From the human T2T-CHM13v2.0 reference genome, Homo sapiens, in assembly GCF_009914755.1 (NCBI RefSeq), contig NC_060926.1: DNA of 64,000 nt. One strand, given 5' to 3'. Positions 30,801 through 45,175 of this stretch are shown piece after piece (positions within the stretch are counted from its first letter, which is position 1; each line of letters starts with the position of its first letter). Below the pieces are notes generated by a model. It worked only from the letters and a program-made list of their open reading frames with translations. It did no database searches and was not told the DNA's origin. The position numbers and the translations under genes are program-made.

Positions 30801-33800
30801 AGATAAATGAAATAAAAAGCTGAGTCTTTGAAAAGATAAACAAAATTGATAGACCATTAGTGAGGTTAAACAAGAAAAGAAGAGAGATGTTCCAAATAAG
30901 CTCAATTAGAAATGAAATGGGAGATATTACAACTGATACCATAGAAATACAAATGGCCTTTCAAGGCTACTATGAACATCTTTATGGGCACAAACTAGAA
31001 AATCTAGAGGAGGTGGATAAATTCCTTGAAATATATAACCCTCCTAGATTAAATCAGGAAAAAATAGAAACTCTAGACAGACCAATAACAAGTAGCAAGA
31101 TTGGAACAGTAATTAAAAAATTGCCAACAATAAAGAGTCCAGGATCAGATGGCTTCACAGCTGAATTCTATCAGGTATTCCAAGAAGAATTGGTACCAAT
31201 CTTACTGAAACTATTCCAAAAGAGAAAAAGGGAATCCTCTCTAAATCATTTGATGAAGCCAGTATCACTCTAATACCTAAACCAGAAAAGGACAACAAAA
31301 AAAGAAAACTGCAGACCAACATCCCTGATGAACGTAGGTGCAAAAATCCTCGAGAAAATATTAGCTAACCTAATTCAATAGCATATAAAGAAGATAATAC
31401 ATCAAGATCAGTTGGTTTCATAACAGGGATGCAGGGATGGCTTAACAGACACAAGTCAATGTGACACATCACATAAACAGAATTAAAAACAAAAAATCAT
31501 ATGATTATCTCAATAGATGCAGAAAAAGCATTTGACAAAATACAGCATATCTTTATGATTAAAACCCTCACCAAAATCAGCCTAGAAGGTACATATCTAC
31601 AGGTAATAAAAGCCATCTATGACAAACCCACAGCCAACATTATACTGAATGGGGAAAAGTTGAAAGCATTTCATCTGAAAATTGGAACAAGACAAGGATG
31701 CCCACTTTCACCACTTTTATTCAACATACTACTGGAGAGCCCAGTCAGAGCAATCAGACAAGAGAAAATAAAGGGCATCCAAATTGGTAAAGAGGAAGTC
31801 AAACTGTCACTGTTCACCAATGATATGATTATATACCTAGAAAACTCAAAAGACTCACCCAAAAAGCTCCTAGAACTGATAAATGAATTCAGCAAAGTTT
31901 CAGGACACAAAATTAATGTACACAAATTTGTAGCTCTGATATATACCAACAATGACCAAGCTGAGAAACAAATCAAGAACTCAGTCCTTGATTTTATAAC
32001 AGCTGCAAAAAAAAAAAAAAAAAAAAAATACTTAGGATATTGCCTAACCAAGGAGAAGAAAGATATCTTCAAGGAAAACTACCAAACACTGCTGAAGGGA
32101 ATCATAGATGACACAAACAAATGGAAACACATCCCATGCTCATGGTTGGGTAGAATCAATATTGTGAAAGTGACCATACTCCCAAAAGCAACGCAATTCT
32201 CATCAAGATACTATCATCATGCTTCACAGAACTATAAAAGCAATCCTAAAATTCATAAGGAGCCAAAAAAGAGCTTGCATTACCAAGGCAAGACTAAGCA
32301 AAAAGAACAAATTTAGAGGCATCACATTATCTGACTTCAAACTATACTACAAGGCTATAGTTACCAAAACAGCATGGTACTAGTATGAAAAATAGGCACA
32401 TAGATCAATGGAACAGAATAAAGAACCCAGAAATAAAGCCAAATGCTTACAGCCAACTGATACTTGACAAAGCAAACAAAAATATAAATCGCAGAAAGGA
32501 CACCCTAATCAACAAATGGTGCTGGGATAATTGGCAAGCCACACGTACACAAATGAAGCTGGATTCTCATCTCTCACCTTATACAAAAATCAACTCAAGA
32601 TCAAAAACTTAAATCTAAGACCCGAAACCATAAAAACTACAGAATATAACATTGGAAAAACTCTTCTAGACATCGGCTTAGTCTAAGAGTTCATAACTAA
32701 GAATCCAAAAGCAAATGCAACAAAACAAACATAAATAGTTGGGACCTAATTAAAAAGTTTCTGCACAGCAACAAAAATAATGAGCAGAATAAGCACACAA
32801 TCCACAGAGTGGGAGAAAATATTTGCAAAGCATGCATCTAAGGACTAATACCCAGAATCCACAAGGAACTCAAATAATCAAGAAAAAAGCAAATTTCATC
32901 AAAAAGTGGGCAAAGGACATGAATAGACAATTCTCAGAAGATATACAAATGGTCAAGAACATATGAAAAAAATGCTCAATTTCACTAATTATCAGGGAAA
33001 TGAAAATTAAAACCACAATGAGATACCACCTTACTCCTGCAAGAATTGTCACAATCAAAAAATAAAAAAAAAAAGACGTTGGCATGGATGTGGTGAAAAG
33101 AGAACACTTCTACACAGCTGATAGGAATGTAAACTAGTACAACCACTATGGAAAACAGTATGGAGATTCCTTAAAGAAATAAAAGTAGAACTGCCATTTG
33201 ATCCAGCAGTCCCACTAGTGGGTATCTATCCAGAGGAAAGGAAGTCATTATATGAAAAACGCTGCACACATACGTTTATAACAGCAAAATTTTGCAAAAA
33301 TATGGAGCCAGCCTAAATGCCCATCAACCAATGAGTGGATTAAAAAATGTGATATATATACACCATGGAATACTCTTCAGCCATAAAAAGGAATGAAATA
33401 ATGGCATATGCAGCAACCTGGATGGAACTGGAGACCATTATTCTGAGAGAAGTAACTTAGAAATGGAAAACCATACATCATATATTCTCACTTATAAGGG
33501 AGGGCTAAGCTCTGAGGATGTAAAGGCATAAGAATTATATAATGCACTTTGGGGACTTGGGAGGAAGCATGGGGCGGGGGTGAGGGCTATAAGATTCCAC
33601 ACTGGGTACAGTGTATACTGCTTGGGTGTTGGGTGCACCAAAATCTCAGAAATTACCACTAAGGAACTTTTCCATGCATCCACAGACCACCTGTTTCCCC
33701 AAAACTATTGAAATAAAAATTTTAAAAAGTAAACAAAAAGAATACAATACACTCTTATTAACTATAGTCACCATGATATAAAATAGATCTCTTGAACTTA

Positions 33801-34230
33801 TTCCTCCTGTCTAACTGAAATTTGTGTTCTCTGACCAACCTACCCACAATCCTCTCCTGGTGCCATTCTGTGGTAACCACCTTTTATTCTGTTTCTGTGA
33901 GTTAGACCTTTCTGAATTCCATGTATAAGTGAGATTTATTTCACTTAACATAATGTTCTTCATATTTACCTATGTTGTTGCAAATGGCAGGATTTCCCTT
34001 TTTAAAGGCTTCATAGCATTCCATTTTGTATAACTACCATATTTTCTTTATTCATTGATCCACTGAGGGACACTTAGGTTGGTTCTATATCTGGGCTATT
34101 GTGAATAATGCTGCAATGAACATAGGAGTTCAAATCTCTCTTCACGATGCTGATTTCATTACCTTTGGATATATACCCAGTAGTGAGATTCCTGGGTCAT
34201 AATGGTAGTTTTATTTTTAAGTTTTTGAAA
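27848..34230 (-). mobile_element. L1MA 3' end, split by the L1PB (pieces 27848-28032 and ~33738-34230)
   Basis: AATTGTATATATTTATTGTGTATAACATG...TTTCAAGAACATA continues as AAGAATACAATAC..TTAACTATAGTCACCATG; same family as 60865-61620. Confidence 0.82.
28033..33735 (+). mobile_element. Near full-length decayed L1PB (5' UTR, ORF1 from ~28778, ORF2 ~29750-33480, 3' UTR)
   Basis: L1PB 5' start AAGATGGTGGATAGG..CAGCTCCCACTTGGA; ORF fragments 29444, 30860 and 31501 ([31 protein letters not shown]; FADD decayed to FTND); A-rich tail; internal deletions, e.g. in ORF1 near 29378. Confidence 0.95.
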
Positions 34231-35077
34231 AATTAGAGAAGCCAAAATTTGAATGAGGTACTATATTTATTTATAAAATTTGCAATTTTTAAAAGTAATA
34301 GCATAATCATCAGCAGAGGGAAGAGGGCTTTCTTATCTGTTGGGGAGAGGGTTAATTGGTGCAATCCATTTGGCAATACTTCTTTTTTTTAAATTTAAAT
34401 ACCTATTCTAGCAAGTCACCTTCTGGGTATTTGCCTTAAGAAAATAGTTAAGTTTATATATGGAATAATTCCACTACAAAGCTTTTCTTTGAAGAATTGT
34501 TTGTGAAGAATTGTTTCTACATACACAAAGTAACATAAGTAATACTTTATCTATATGTATATATGTGCACACACATAAGACACATGGTGTGTAAAAGAAT
34601 ATATATTAAAAATTTACAGTGTTTGGTGGAACTATGGGGAATTAATAAATTTACATTTAAAAGTTAAATGAAAATATTATTTAAGCAATTGTAGAAGTTA
34701 TTTCTAGAAAATGTAACTGGCAAAAAGAGAATTCCAAGGACAATTTTATCAGAAAAGGTAAGCAATTTTTTTCAAGGCTCAGTTTTAAGTTTTCCCAAGT
34801 GACTCACCACCAAGAATAAGCATGATCAATCCCAGCACTCCTGCTCCTCAGAGCAGATGAAACAGCAAGGACCTTCAGAATCTTCTATGTATGGGAGAAA
34901 ATCACAAATAGTGCCAATGTCTTGGAAAGATTTGTCACTAATAATTCAGTTATTTTACTTCTAGAGATTATTGTAAGCCATTGACTTAAAAATTCACAGA
35001 ATGACTTACATGCAGGAAAGTATATCACTTAATGATTTATGGTGAAAACTGGGACATTTCTTGAAAGTATAACAAGA

Positions 35078-36994
35078 AATCTTTGCCTAAGCCAATGTCT
35101 AGAAGGGCTTTTCTGATGTTATCTTCTAGAATTTTTATGGTTGAAGGTCTTGGATTTAAATTCTTGATCTGTCTGGAGTTGACTTTTGTATAAGGTGAGA
35201 GATGAAGATCCAGTTTCATTCTTCTACATGTGGCTTACTAATTATCCCAGCACCATTTGTTGAGTAGGGTGTTTTTTCTGCAATTTATGTTTTTGTTTGC
35301 TTTGCCAAAGATCAGTTGGCTATAAATATTTGGCTTCATTTCCTGGTTCTCTATTCTGTTCCATTTGTCTGTGTGCCAATTTTTATACAAGTACCATGCT
35401 GTTTTGGTGACTATAGCCTTACAGTATAGTTTGAAGTCAGGTAATGTGATGCCTTCAGATTTGTTCTTTTTGCTGAGTCTTGCTTTGGCTATGTGGGCTC
35501 TTTCTTGGTTCCATATGAATTTTAGGATTGTCTTTTCTAGTTCTGTGAAGAATGATGGTGGTATTTCAATGGTAATTACACTGAATTTATAGAGTGCTTT
35601 TGGCAGTGTGGTCATTTTTATTATATTGATTCTACCCAACCATGAGCATGAGATGTGTTTCCATTTGTTTCTGTCATCTATGATTTCTATCAGCAGTGTT
35701 TTGTAGTTTTCCTTGCAGAGGTCCTTCACCTCCTTGGTTAGGTATATATTCCTAAGTATTTTTTTTTTTGTAGCTATTGTAAAAGGGGTTGTGTTCTTGA
35801 TTTGTTTCTCAGCTTGGTTGCTATTGACGTATAGCAGAACTACTGTTTTGTGTACATTAATTTTGTTTCCCAAAACTTTGCTGAATTCATTTATCAGTTC
35901 TAGGAGCATTTTGGATGAGTCTTTAGGGTCTTCAGGTACATTATCATAACAAAACAATGATAAATAGGTGGGACTTAATTAAACTAAAAAGTTTCTGCAG
36001 AGCAAAAGAAACAATCAGTAAACAGACAACCCACAGAGTGGGAGAAAATCTTCCCAATCTATACATCCGACAAAGGACTAACATCCAGAATCTACAAGGA
36101 ACTCAAACAAATTGGCAAGAAAAAAATAAACAATCCCATCAAAAAATGGGCTAAGGACATGAATATGCAATTCTCAAAAGAAAATATATAAATGGCCAAC
36201 AAACATATAAAAAGAGTCGAACTTCACTAATGATCAGGGAAATGCAAATCAAAATGACAATGTGATACCACCTTACTCCCGCAAGAATGTCCATAATAAA
36301 AAAAATAGACGTTGATGGGGATGTCGTGAAAAGGGAACACTTTTACACTGCTGGTGGGAATATAAGCTAGTATATTCACTATGGCAAACAGTGTGGAGAT
36401 TCCTTAAAGAACTAAAAGCAGAACTACCATTTGATCCAGCAGTCCCACTGCTGGGTATCTATCCAGTTGGAAAAGAAGGAAAGTAAGTCATTATGTGAAA
36501 AAAAATACTTGCACACGCATGTTTGTAACAGCACAATTTGCAATTGCAAAAATATGGAACCAGTCCAAATGCCCATCAATGAGTGGATAAAGAAAATGTG
36601 GTATATATAAACAATGGAATACTATTCAAGTTTGAAAAGGAATGAAATAATGGCATTCACAGTAACTTGGATGGAATTGGAAACAATTATTTTAAGTGAA
36701 GTAACTCAGAAATGGAAAACCGAACATCATATGTTCTCACTTATAGTGGGAACTAACCTATGACGATGCAAAGGCATAAGAATGATACAATAGACTTTTG
36801 GGACTTGGGGAAAAGGATGGAATGGGGGAGGTGAAAGGTAAAAGGCTACAAATTGGGTACAGTGTATACTGCTTGGGTGATGGGTGCAACAAAATCTCAC
36901 AAATCACCACTAAAGAACTTACTCATGTAACTTACTCATGTAACCAAACACCACCTGCTCCACAAAAACCTATGAAAATAAAAAAAATTAAAAT
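35078..36994 (+). mobile_element. L1PB1-like insertion with 5' inversion (antisense 35078-35948, sense 35949-36994)
   Basis: Minus-strand ORF2 fragment (ORF 35238-35957) joined to a plus-strand 3' end; perfect 14-bp TSD AAAGTATAACAAGA at 35064-35077 and 36995-37008. Confidence 0.95.
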
Positions 36995-37072
36995 AAAGTA
37001 TAACAAGAGTGTATTGCTAATTATAGCACATTCACACATATTTGAAATGCCATGTTCAAAGATTATATTTTC

Positions 37073-37860
37073 TTTTTTTTAAATTTTATTATTATTATAC
37101 TTTAAGTTTTAGGGTACATGTGCACAATGTGCAGGTTTTTTACATATGTATACATGTGCCATGTTGGTGTGCTGCACCCATTAACTCGTCATTTAACATT
37201 AGGTATATCTCCTAACACTATCCCTCCCCGCTCCCCCCACCCCACAACAGTCCCCAGAGTGTGATATTCCCCTTCCTGTGTCCATGTGTTCTCATTGTTC
37301 AGTTCCCACCTATGAGTGAGAACATGCGGTGCTTGGTTTTTTGTCCTTGCGATAGTTTGCTGAGAATGGTGGTTTCCAGTTTCATCCATGTCCCTACAAA
37401 GGACATGAACTCATCATTTTTTATGGCTGCATAGTATTCCATGGTGTATATGTGCCACATTTTCTTAATCCACTCTATCATTGTTGAACATTTCAGTTGG
37501 TTCTGAGTCTTTGCTATTGTGAATAGTGCCGCAATAAACATACGTGTGCATGCGTCTTTATAGCAGCATGATTTATAATCCTTTGGGTATATACCCAGTA
37601 ATGGGATGGCTGGGTCAAATGGTATTTCTAGTTCTAGATCCCTGAGGAATCACCACACTGACTTCCACAATGGTTGAACTAGTTTCCAGTCCCACCAACA
37701 GTGTAAAAGTGTTCCTATTTCTCCACATCCTCTCCAGCACCTGTTGTTTCCTGACTTTTTAATGATCACCATTCTAACTGGTGTGAGATGGTATCTCATT
37801 GTGGTTTTGATTTGCATTTCTCTGATGGCCAGTGATGATGAGCATTTTTTCATGTGTTTT
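37073..37860 (-). mobile_element. L1PA4-like 3' fragment
   Basis: TTATACTTTAAGTTTTAGGGTACATGTGCACAA..GTTGGTGTGCTGCACCCATTAACTCGTC; ORF2 C-terminal peptides in ORFs 37299 and 37650. Confidence 0.92.
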
Positions 37861-37939
37861 CAAATATAGGGATGCTGTTAGCCTTTCTGGATTTGCTTTA
37901 TAAAAATTTAAGCCCATTAAGGATATCCTACTAATTTCC

Positions 37940-38790
37940 TTTGGTAGGTAGAATGGTGCTCCTGCAAAAATGTCCATATCCTATTCCATGTTACTTGATG
38001 TGGCAAGAGACTTGTGATATGATTCAGGTTAAAGACCTTGAGATGAGATAATCCTGGATTATCTGGGTGGGCCTAATGTAACACAAGGGCCCTTGACAAT
38101 GAAGAAACTTTCCTACTATGTTTAGAGAGAGATATTTCTGCCTTTGAATGTGGAAGAAGAGGCCAAAAAACCAAAGAACGTGAATGGCCTTTAGGATCTT
38201 GATAAAAACAAACAGGTAGATTCTCTCTTGTAGTCTCCACAAGAGTCTCCCCAGCAACTTAATTTTGGCTTGTTTTGAATTTCTTACCTGCGGAACTGCA
38301 AGATAATAAATTTGTGTTGTTCATCAATGATAGACTGGATAAAGAAAATGTGGCACATATCCACCATGGAATACTATGCAGCCATGAAAAAGGATGAGTT
38401 CATGTCCTTTGCAGGGACATGGATGAAGTTGAAAACCATCATTCTCAGCAAACTAACGCAAGAACAGAAAACCAAACACTGCATGTTCTCACTCATAAGT
38501 GGGAGTTGAACAATGAGAACACATGAACACAGGGAGGGGATCATCACACACTAGGGCCTGTTGGGGGGTGGGGGGCTAGGGGAGGGATAGCATTAGGAGA
38601 AATACCTAATGTAGATAACAGGTTGGTGGGTGCAGCAAACCACCATGGCACGTGTATACCTATATAACAAACCTGCATGTTCTGCACGTGTACCCCAGAA
38701 CTTAAAGTATAATAAAATAAATAAATTTGGGGTGTTTTAAGCCACTATCTTTGTGGCAATTTATTGTAACGACTATAGAAAACTAATTCT
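37940..38790 (+). mobile_element. MLT1D-like LTR split by an L1PA tail
   Basis: TGGTAGGTAGAAT..ATCCTGGATTATCTGGGTGGGCC...GAACTGCAAGATAATAAATTTGTG, resuming TTTTAAGCCACT...GAAAACTAAT. Confidence 0.82.
38322..38719 (+). mobile_element. L1PA7-like 3' fragment
   Basis: GGAGAAATACCTAATGTAGAT..GCAGCAAACCACCATGGCACG; TSD AATAAATTTG(T/G)G(T/G)TGTT at 38305-38321 and 38720-38736. Confidence 0.9.
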
Positions 38791-40747
38791 GTTTCTTTTC
38801 ATGAAGTGATAGAGAGGGATACAGTGAAAGAGAGGTATTACCCCAAGCCTGGAAAAATAGCCCTAGAATTTGAGAAGACATGGAGGCTATGAGTACAAAG
38901 AGGACATGACTCTGAGAGAAGAAGATGGTGAGATTATGATGGTGAGATGCCTGCACAATAAGTCTAGATATATAGGATCAGGAATGGAACTGAAGAATGC
39001 CTTGGAAGCTGTAAAAAGCTTCAGGCTTGAAGGTACCATGCAGAGAAGACTAGGGAATGTCACAAGGTGATGCTAATTTCTTGTCCTTTACTTCTTTCCT
39101 CTAGCACCTTAATATTTTTAGAACATCTCAGAAACATATCTAATCCTTAAAAATAAATGAAGAGAGGAGATCTGAAATGACTGAGATGATTTTTTTTCCA
39201 AACCAATGAGATGGGAGTAAAATAAATTAAGGACGTTAACTGTTGCAGAGCTGAGTTTACAGCCTGATGAGGGAACACACAAAATTAGATTATCAGATGA
39301 TACTCACATGAACCAGAGATCTATCCCTGTGTCAAACTTTGCTAATAGCCTCAAGTATATAGACACCAAGAAGCAAAGAGAAGTCTAAGCCATCAAGGGT
39401 GGTTTCTCAAGTCCTTTCTCAGATCAAACACCCTCTTTGACCAGAATAATAGACGAGGTCTCAAGTAACATCTTGTGGAGGTTTTACACAGTAGAGACTG
39501 TTTAAATTATGAAACATTATAGATTTAAACCCCAGCCATTGTATAGCAAGTGTGACATTCTTCAGGGAGCCATGACTCGTTTACTTGTAATTAGCAAATG
39601 GGTTTATTTATTGTAAATAATCTTTTAGCCATGGATATCCTGCCAAGGGCATTCTGTAGGTTTCTTTTCCTTAGAAAATATTGATAGTCTTATTACCCAT
39701 AAGTTCAGTTGACATGGAAACTACGTAGGTTAGTCCATCCGTTTTCTTTACCTTGAAGCTGCACCTACAGTAAAGTCAGTTAATAGATCATTGGCTAGTG
39801 GCTTAAATTCCTTTCTCTCACCTGATACTTAGTAACAACTGTGGCAACTATTATTACTGACATAGCCCAAAGAGGAAAAGGGCCTTAGTAGCTAGTAAAG
39901 GACAAGTTGGAAGGAAAAAGATAATGTAGAAGATATGTTTAAGTATGATCTTCAATTTTTAAGGCGTCTTTAATTTCTATGAAGTTATGCTAAAGTTATG
40001 ATTATGTATAAAGCTTTAATATCTGTGACATTTAAAATCACGGACAAATCTGGGATTAATTTTATTGTAAAACTGATTTGTAGGCTTGAATATGGATTCT
40101 TTTATAGAATAGATTTGAAGTGTCAGATGGAGTAGAAACCTTGCTTGTGGTCCACTCTCCTTCCAGAGGTATATGGGAGAGTGAAATGGAGAAATAGCTA
40201 ATCACGAATTCTACTGTGTCCTAGGATATTACTGTGGGGGCTTGGAGAGGAAAAATGATGGGACAGGAATGAGTAGGGACGGTAAATACCTTGACGTGAG
40301 CTTAGTCTTTTTTTTTTTTTTTTTGGATATGAACTCCCTTTAGAGTGCAACTGGTATCTCGTAAATGATTTTCTTGACTTCCAGAATAAAGAGACCACAG
40401 TAATAGATTATCCCCCACACCTGCACACCTGCACACACGCACACGCACACACACTGAATTCTTTCTTCTCTCTAGATTTTTGTAGAAGGGTTTGGTTGGC
40501 CCTCATGCCAGAGATTCTCTCCCATGGTTCAGTGGGAGAGGAGTAGAGCTCTAACAGGGTCCTAGATAGAGAAATTGTTGGCGGCCATCACTTCAGGGCT
40601 TCTTCAATAGCATCAGTTGCTACTATGTGGCAGACATATCTCTGAATGCTATCTTTGATCTCTCTTGCTGCAGAGTATCAGAGTAGTTTGTGTCCAAATT
40701 GATAGAGCCTACAAATAACCAAAAAGTGATTTTCCATTCTGGAATTT

Positions 40748-40966
40748 TATATATATATATATATATAATATATATTATACATATATATATAATATATATT
40801 ATACATAATATATATTATATATAATTTTTTATATATATGTATACACATGTACACACACAAACACACACATATGCTATATACACACACATATATATGCATA
40901 TATATACACACACATACATATACACATACATATACATATACATATATACCTACATATATATGTACA
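40748..40966. repeat. (TA)n / (TACA)n / (CA)n compound low-complexity tract
   Basis: Seen directly in the sequence. Confidence 0.95.
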
Positions 40967-41656
40967 CAGTCACTGTTCATTTGTATTCACTATTTTGCTT
41001 AATTTTGAGGATTATGACACTACTTTTATATGTATTTTAAATGTAAACCTATACTCAGGTTACTATTTATGAAAAAAAGGTTTTGTAGGCGAGTCCGACT
41101 TTAAGTTTCATTACATTGCATTGTTTCTATGCATTTTGGGTTTTCAACCGGTAACTAAACTGCCTATGAACTTCTGGAACATAGCCCATTTATAGCCTGG
41201 AAATGTAAATAAGTCCCAATATAATTGTCAGACCCACTTATTCGTAAGTGTCATTCCCTGAACTAATTTACATGTTCATTCTTGTCGGCAACATGCAACC
41301 TTTAATGACCTTGATGCCCCTGTTAGATTGGCCTGCTTTGCCCCAGTAGGCCATGACACCCTGAAACATTCAGCTTAGAATTAATAATCTATCATAGTAA
41401 TTAGCAGCCCAGTAGAAATAAAAAGATCACAGCTAAAGTCATAGCTATTTATTTAAGAGCAAATTATTAAGTAGATATTCAAGATTGTTTCTGTGCTCTC
41501 AACCTCAGAGAGTGTCCTTGTAAATTGCAAGTTTGCTCTCTCCAACATAAAAGAAACGACAGCAGCAATAAACATTCCTTTCAGGGAAAATATAGGCACT
41601 CAATTTAGATAGTTGGCTTCATCAAAAAGTATTGTCCCAGATGGATGTGAATAAAC

Positions 41657-41659
<3 letters not shown>

Positions 41660-41692
<33 letters not shown>
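41660..41692. repeat. (CA)n microsatellite
   Basis: About 16 uninterrupted CA units. Confidence 0.95.
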
Positions 41693-41701
<9 letters not shown>

Positions 41702-43899
41702 CCACATAAACATGTATACACAAAATGGAAACAGTGGCTGGTATTGTTTTTCAATTGATCACAATTGTTTTACTAAAGATTCAATAACATATAAATTTGC
41801 TCCAGGAAAATGTAAATTTACAGAAATAATATTTTGTAGATGAATGTAATCTTGATTTTTTTTCTTAACAGTGATGTAGCTGTGAAAAATATGGTTCAGT
41901 ACAAATAAGTCTATCATTACCATGGATGATGGTCAAAGAATGATACTCCCTAGTACAGACAGAGACAAGCAGTCTTTAATGCCCCATTTAACTACATGAG
42001 ACTGTTCTGCTCACAATGAATATAATCTATGTGTGTTCTTTTAGGAAAGGAATGTGCCCTGCAGTATAAAATAATACTGCTAGAGCAGCGAATCATCAGA
42101 TTAGATCAGATTTATTAAATAAATCTTTAGTTCATTTTCTCAATGTACTAACATTTAAGAGAATCAGACATTTGGGAACTTAGCTAATCCAATTTTATCT
42201 GGTATTAACCCCAGATATTATTTCTACTCCCTTTGCAGAGCCTGTTTCAGAAATATATCATGTTCGTTAGATTTCCTTTGTCTCATCTGCCTTGTAGTCA
42301 TGGCCACAGCTGCCAGACCCTGAGCCAGCCCGTGTGGTTCTACCACTTTCGAGGTTGGAACAACCAGCATTATTAACCCAAGTTTGAAAGTTTTTCTTAT
42401 TTTCAATTTTAACAATACAATAGGAAGAGGAAAGGGGAGAAAAGAAAATAAAAACCCTAAATCTAAAAGTCATATCATATCTACCTTTAACCAAAAGAGA
42501 ATATCTCTCTAAGATTTAGCCTATGTTCTATATGATAGCATAGGATAAAAATAATATTTTATATTTTTCTAAATTATTTCCCTCAAAACCAGATTTCTTT
42601 GATCATTATTCTAACGTTTTCAAGTCATACTACTCATTCTTTTTTCTCATTCTTTCTTTTAATTATTTTTTAAAGAAAAGATTCCCAGGACTGATAGAAT
42701 ACTTGATAATTGCTATTTGTCAGAAATAACTCACTCTTCTAAGAGAGTGAATGGAGAAGCAAATAATTAGAAACACATACATGATGAGTCTTTAAAACCT
42801 TTTTTCTGAAAAGAATGTATCTCCCAACAGGATATTATTACCCAACACAATGACAGTCTTTTCTGATGCGATTGCGCAGAATTATTTCCTTCTGCTCTAT
42901 TCAAAACCATCTATTGGCCAAAGAACTTCTTATCTTTTGACAAATTAAGCTCTAGAGAAAGTACAGTTGATAAAAGAAATTCTGTCTAACGGCTAAACCT
43001 GGGAATTAAGTTAGAATTTCCTGGTGTAAGTTGGTCATATGGAGATTTTGTATGTCTCTTGCTCTTCTCAGTTTACTTATCACATCTGAAAAGTATTGCC
43101 AAACCGTGAAATAGGATTACCGATCTCATTATTTATAAATTCTTTTTAATACTCAGAGGGGTGTTTTTGCATGGGGATAATAATTTGTCTTCACATTTGG
43201 TAATGTTTTGTAATTTGTTACCTATTTAATTCTGTTTCTTCTACTGTTGCTGTATTTAGGTCAATATCTCTTAGGTTTTCAACATAAAAATTAAAATAAG
43301 TTACTTTTGGGAAGGTATCATATTTATTACATACCTCAATTATATTTCCTTAAGTGTCTGAGGTAAAAACTGTAAACATTGGGTTATTTAATAAATACTT
43401 ACTGAATTGGGCAGAGCAATTAAGTATATGTTGTATCACTTGATAAATCTGTCATTTTCCAAACTTCTGCGTGTTGGAAAGTGAACAATCCTACCATTTT
43501 TCACTAATTTACCACAATTTATTCCCATCTGTATCTTTTGTCCAAATTTCCTCAGTAGTCATGCAAAACTCCCTTGATTTAGATCTAGTACTTTTGGCAA
43601 TCTGACATTAGGAAAACTTTTCATTTTCTTCAAATGAAACTTCAGATTAAAGGAAGCTATTGGTGAAGCTGTTCCTCTAAAGTAAAGGTACCTCTGTGCC
43701 TCAAATGAACCCCATTTCTGCAGCAGTTTACTGGAAGGGGGGTAATAATGTGGTATACTACTGGAAGGGACTCCATAACTGAATTTTAAATGAAAACTAA
43801 ACAAACGGAGGTAACACACACTTTCTTTGCTTGTTTGTGATATTTTAAGAACAGAGCTGAATTAGTCACATCTCATATTTGATAGTACACTATTACAAT

Positions 43900-44780
<881 letters not shown>

Positions 44781-45175
44781 TATATTAGTTATTAATTTAT
44801 ATGTAACAGCCCCAAAATCTTGTGATTTAAGACAATATTTATTATTTCACAGTTTCTGTGGATCAGGAGTCTGGTGTGGCTTAGGTCAAAAAGTTATAGT
44901 GAAGCTGTGAGCAGGAGCTGTAGTCTCATCTGAATGTTCAACAAGTGGAGAATTCCCTTCCAAATTTATTTATGTGGTTGTTGGTAGGATTTAGTTCTTT
45001 ATATGCTGTTGAACTGAGGGTGTTGATTTCTTACTAGCTGTTGGCTGGAACCCTTAGTTCCTTGCTACATGGGCCACTGTGATATAACAGCTCACAACAT
45101 AGTAGCTGATGTCCATCAGCACAAGCAATTGAGAGAGTGAAAGAGAGAAAACGAGACAGGCTAAGACTCAGTTTT
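44781..45175 (-). mobile_element. MLT1F-like LTR fragment
   Basis: ATTTATTATTTCACAGTTTCTGTGGATCAGGAG..GCTGTAGTCTCATCTGAA..GTGGTTGTTGGTAGGATTTAGTTC. Confidence 0.72.

Noticed and set aside
37050-37875. TSD for the L1PA4-like fragment
   Set aside because: Only loose CATG..TTCAAA similarity between the flanks; not convincing.
40747-41040. Tyr/Ile/His-rich ORFs
   Set aside because: Translations of TA/CA low-complexity repeats.
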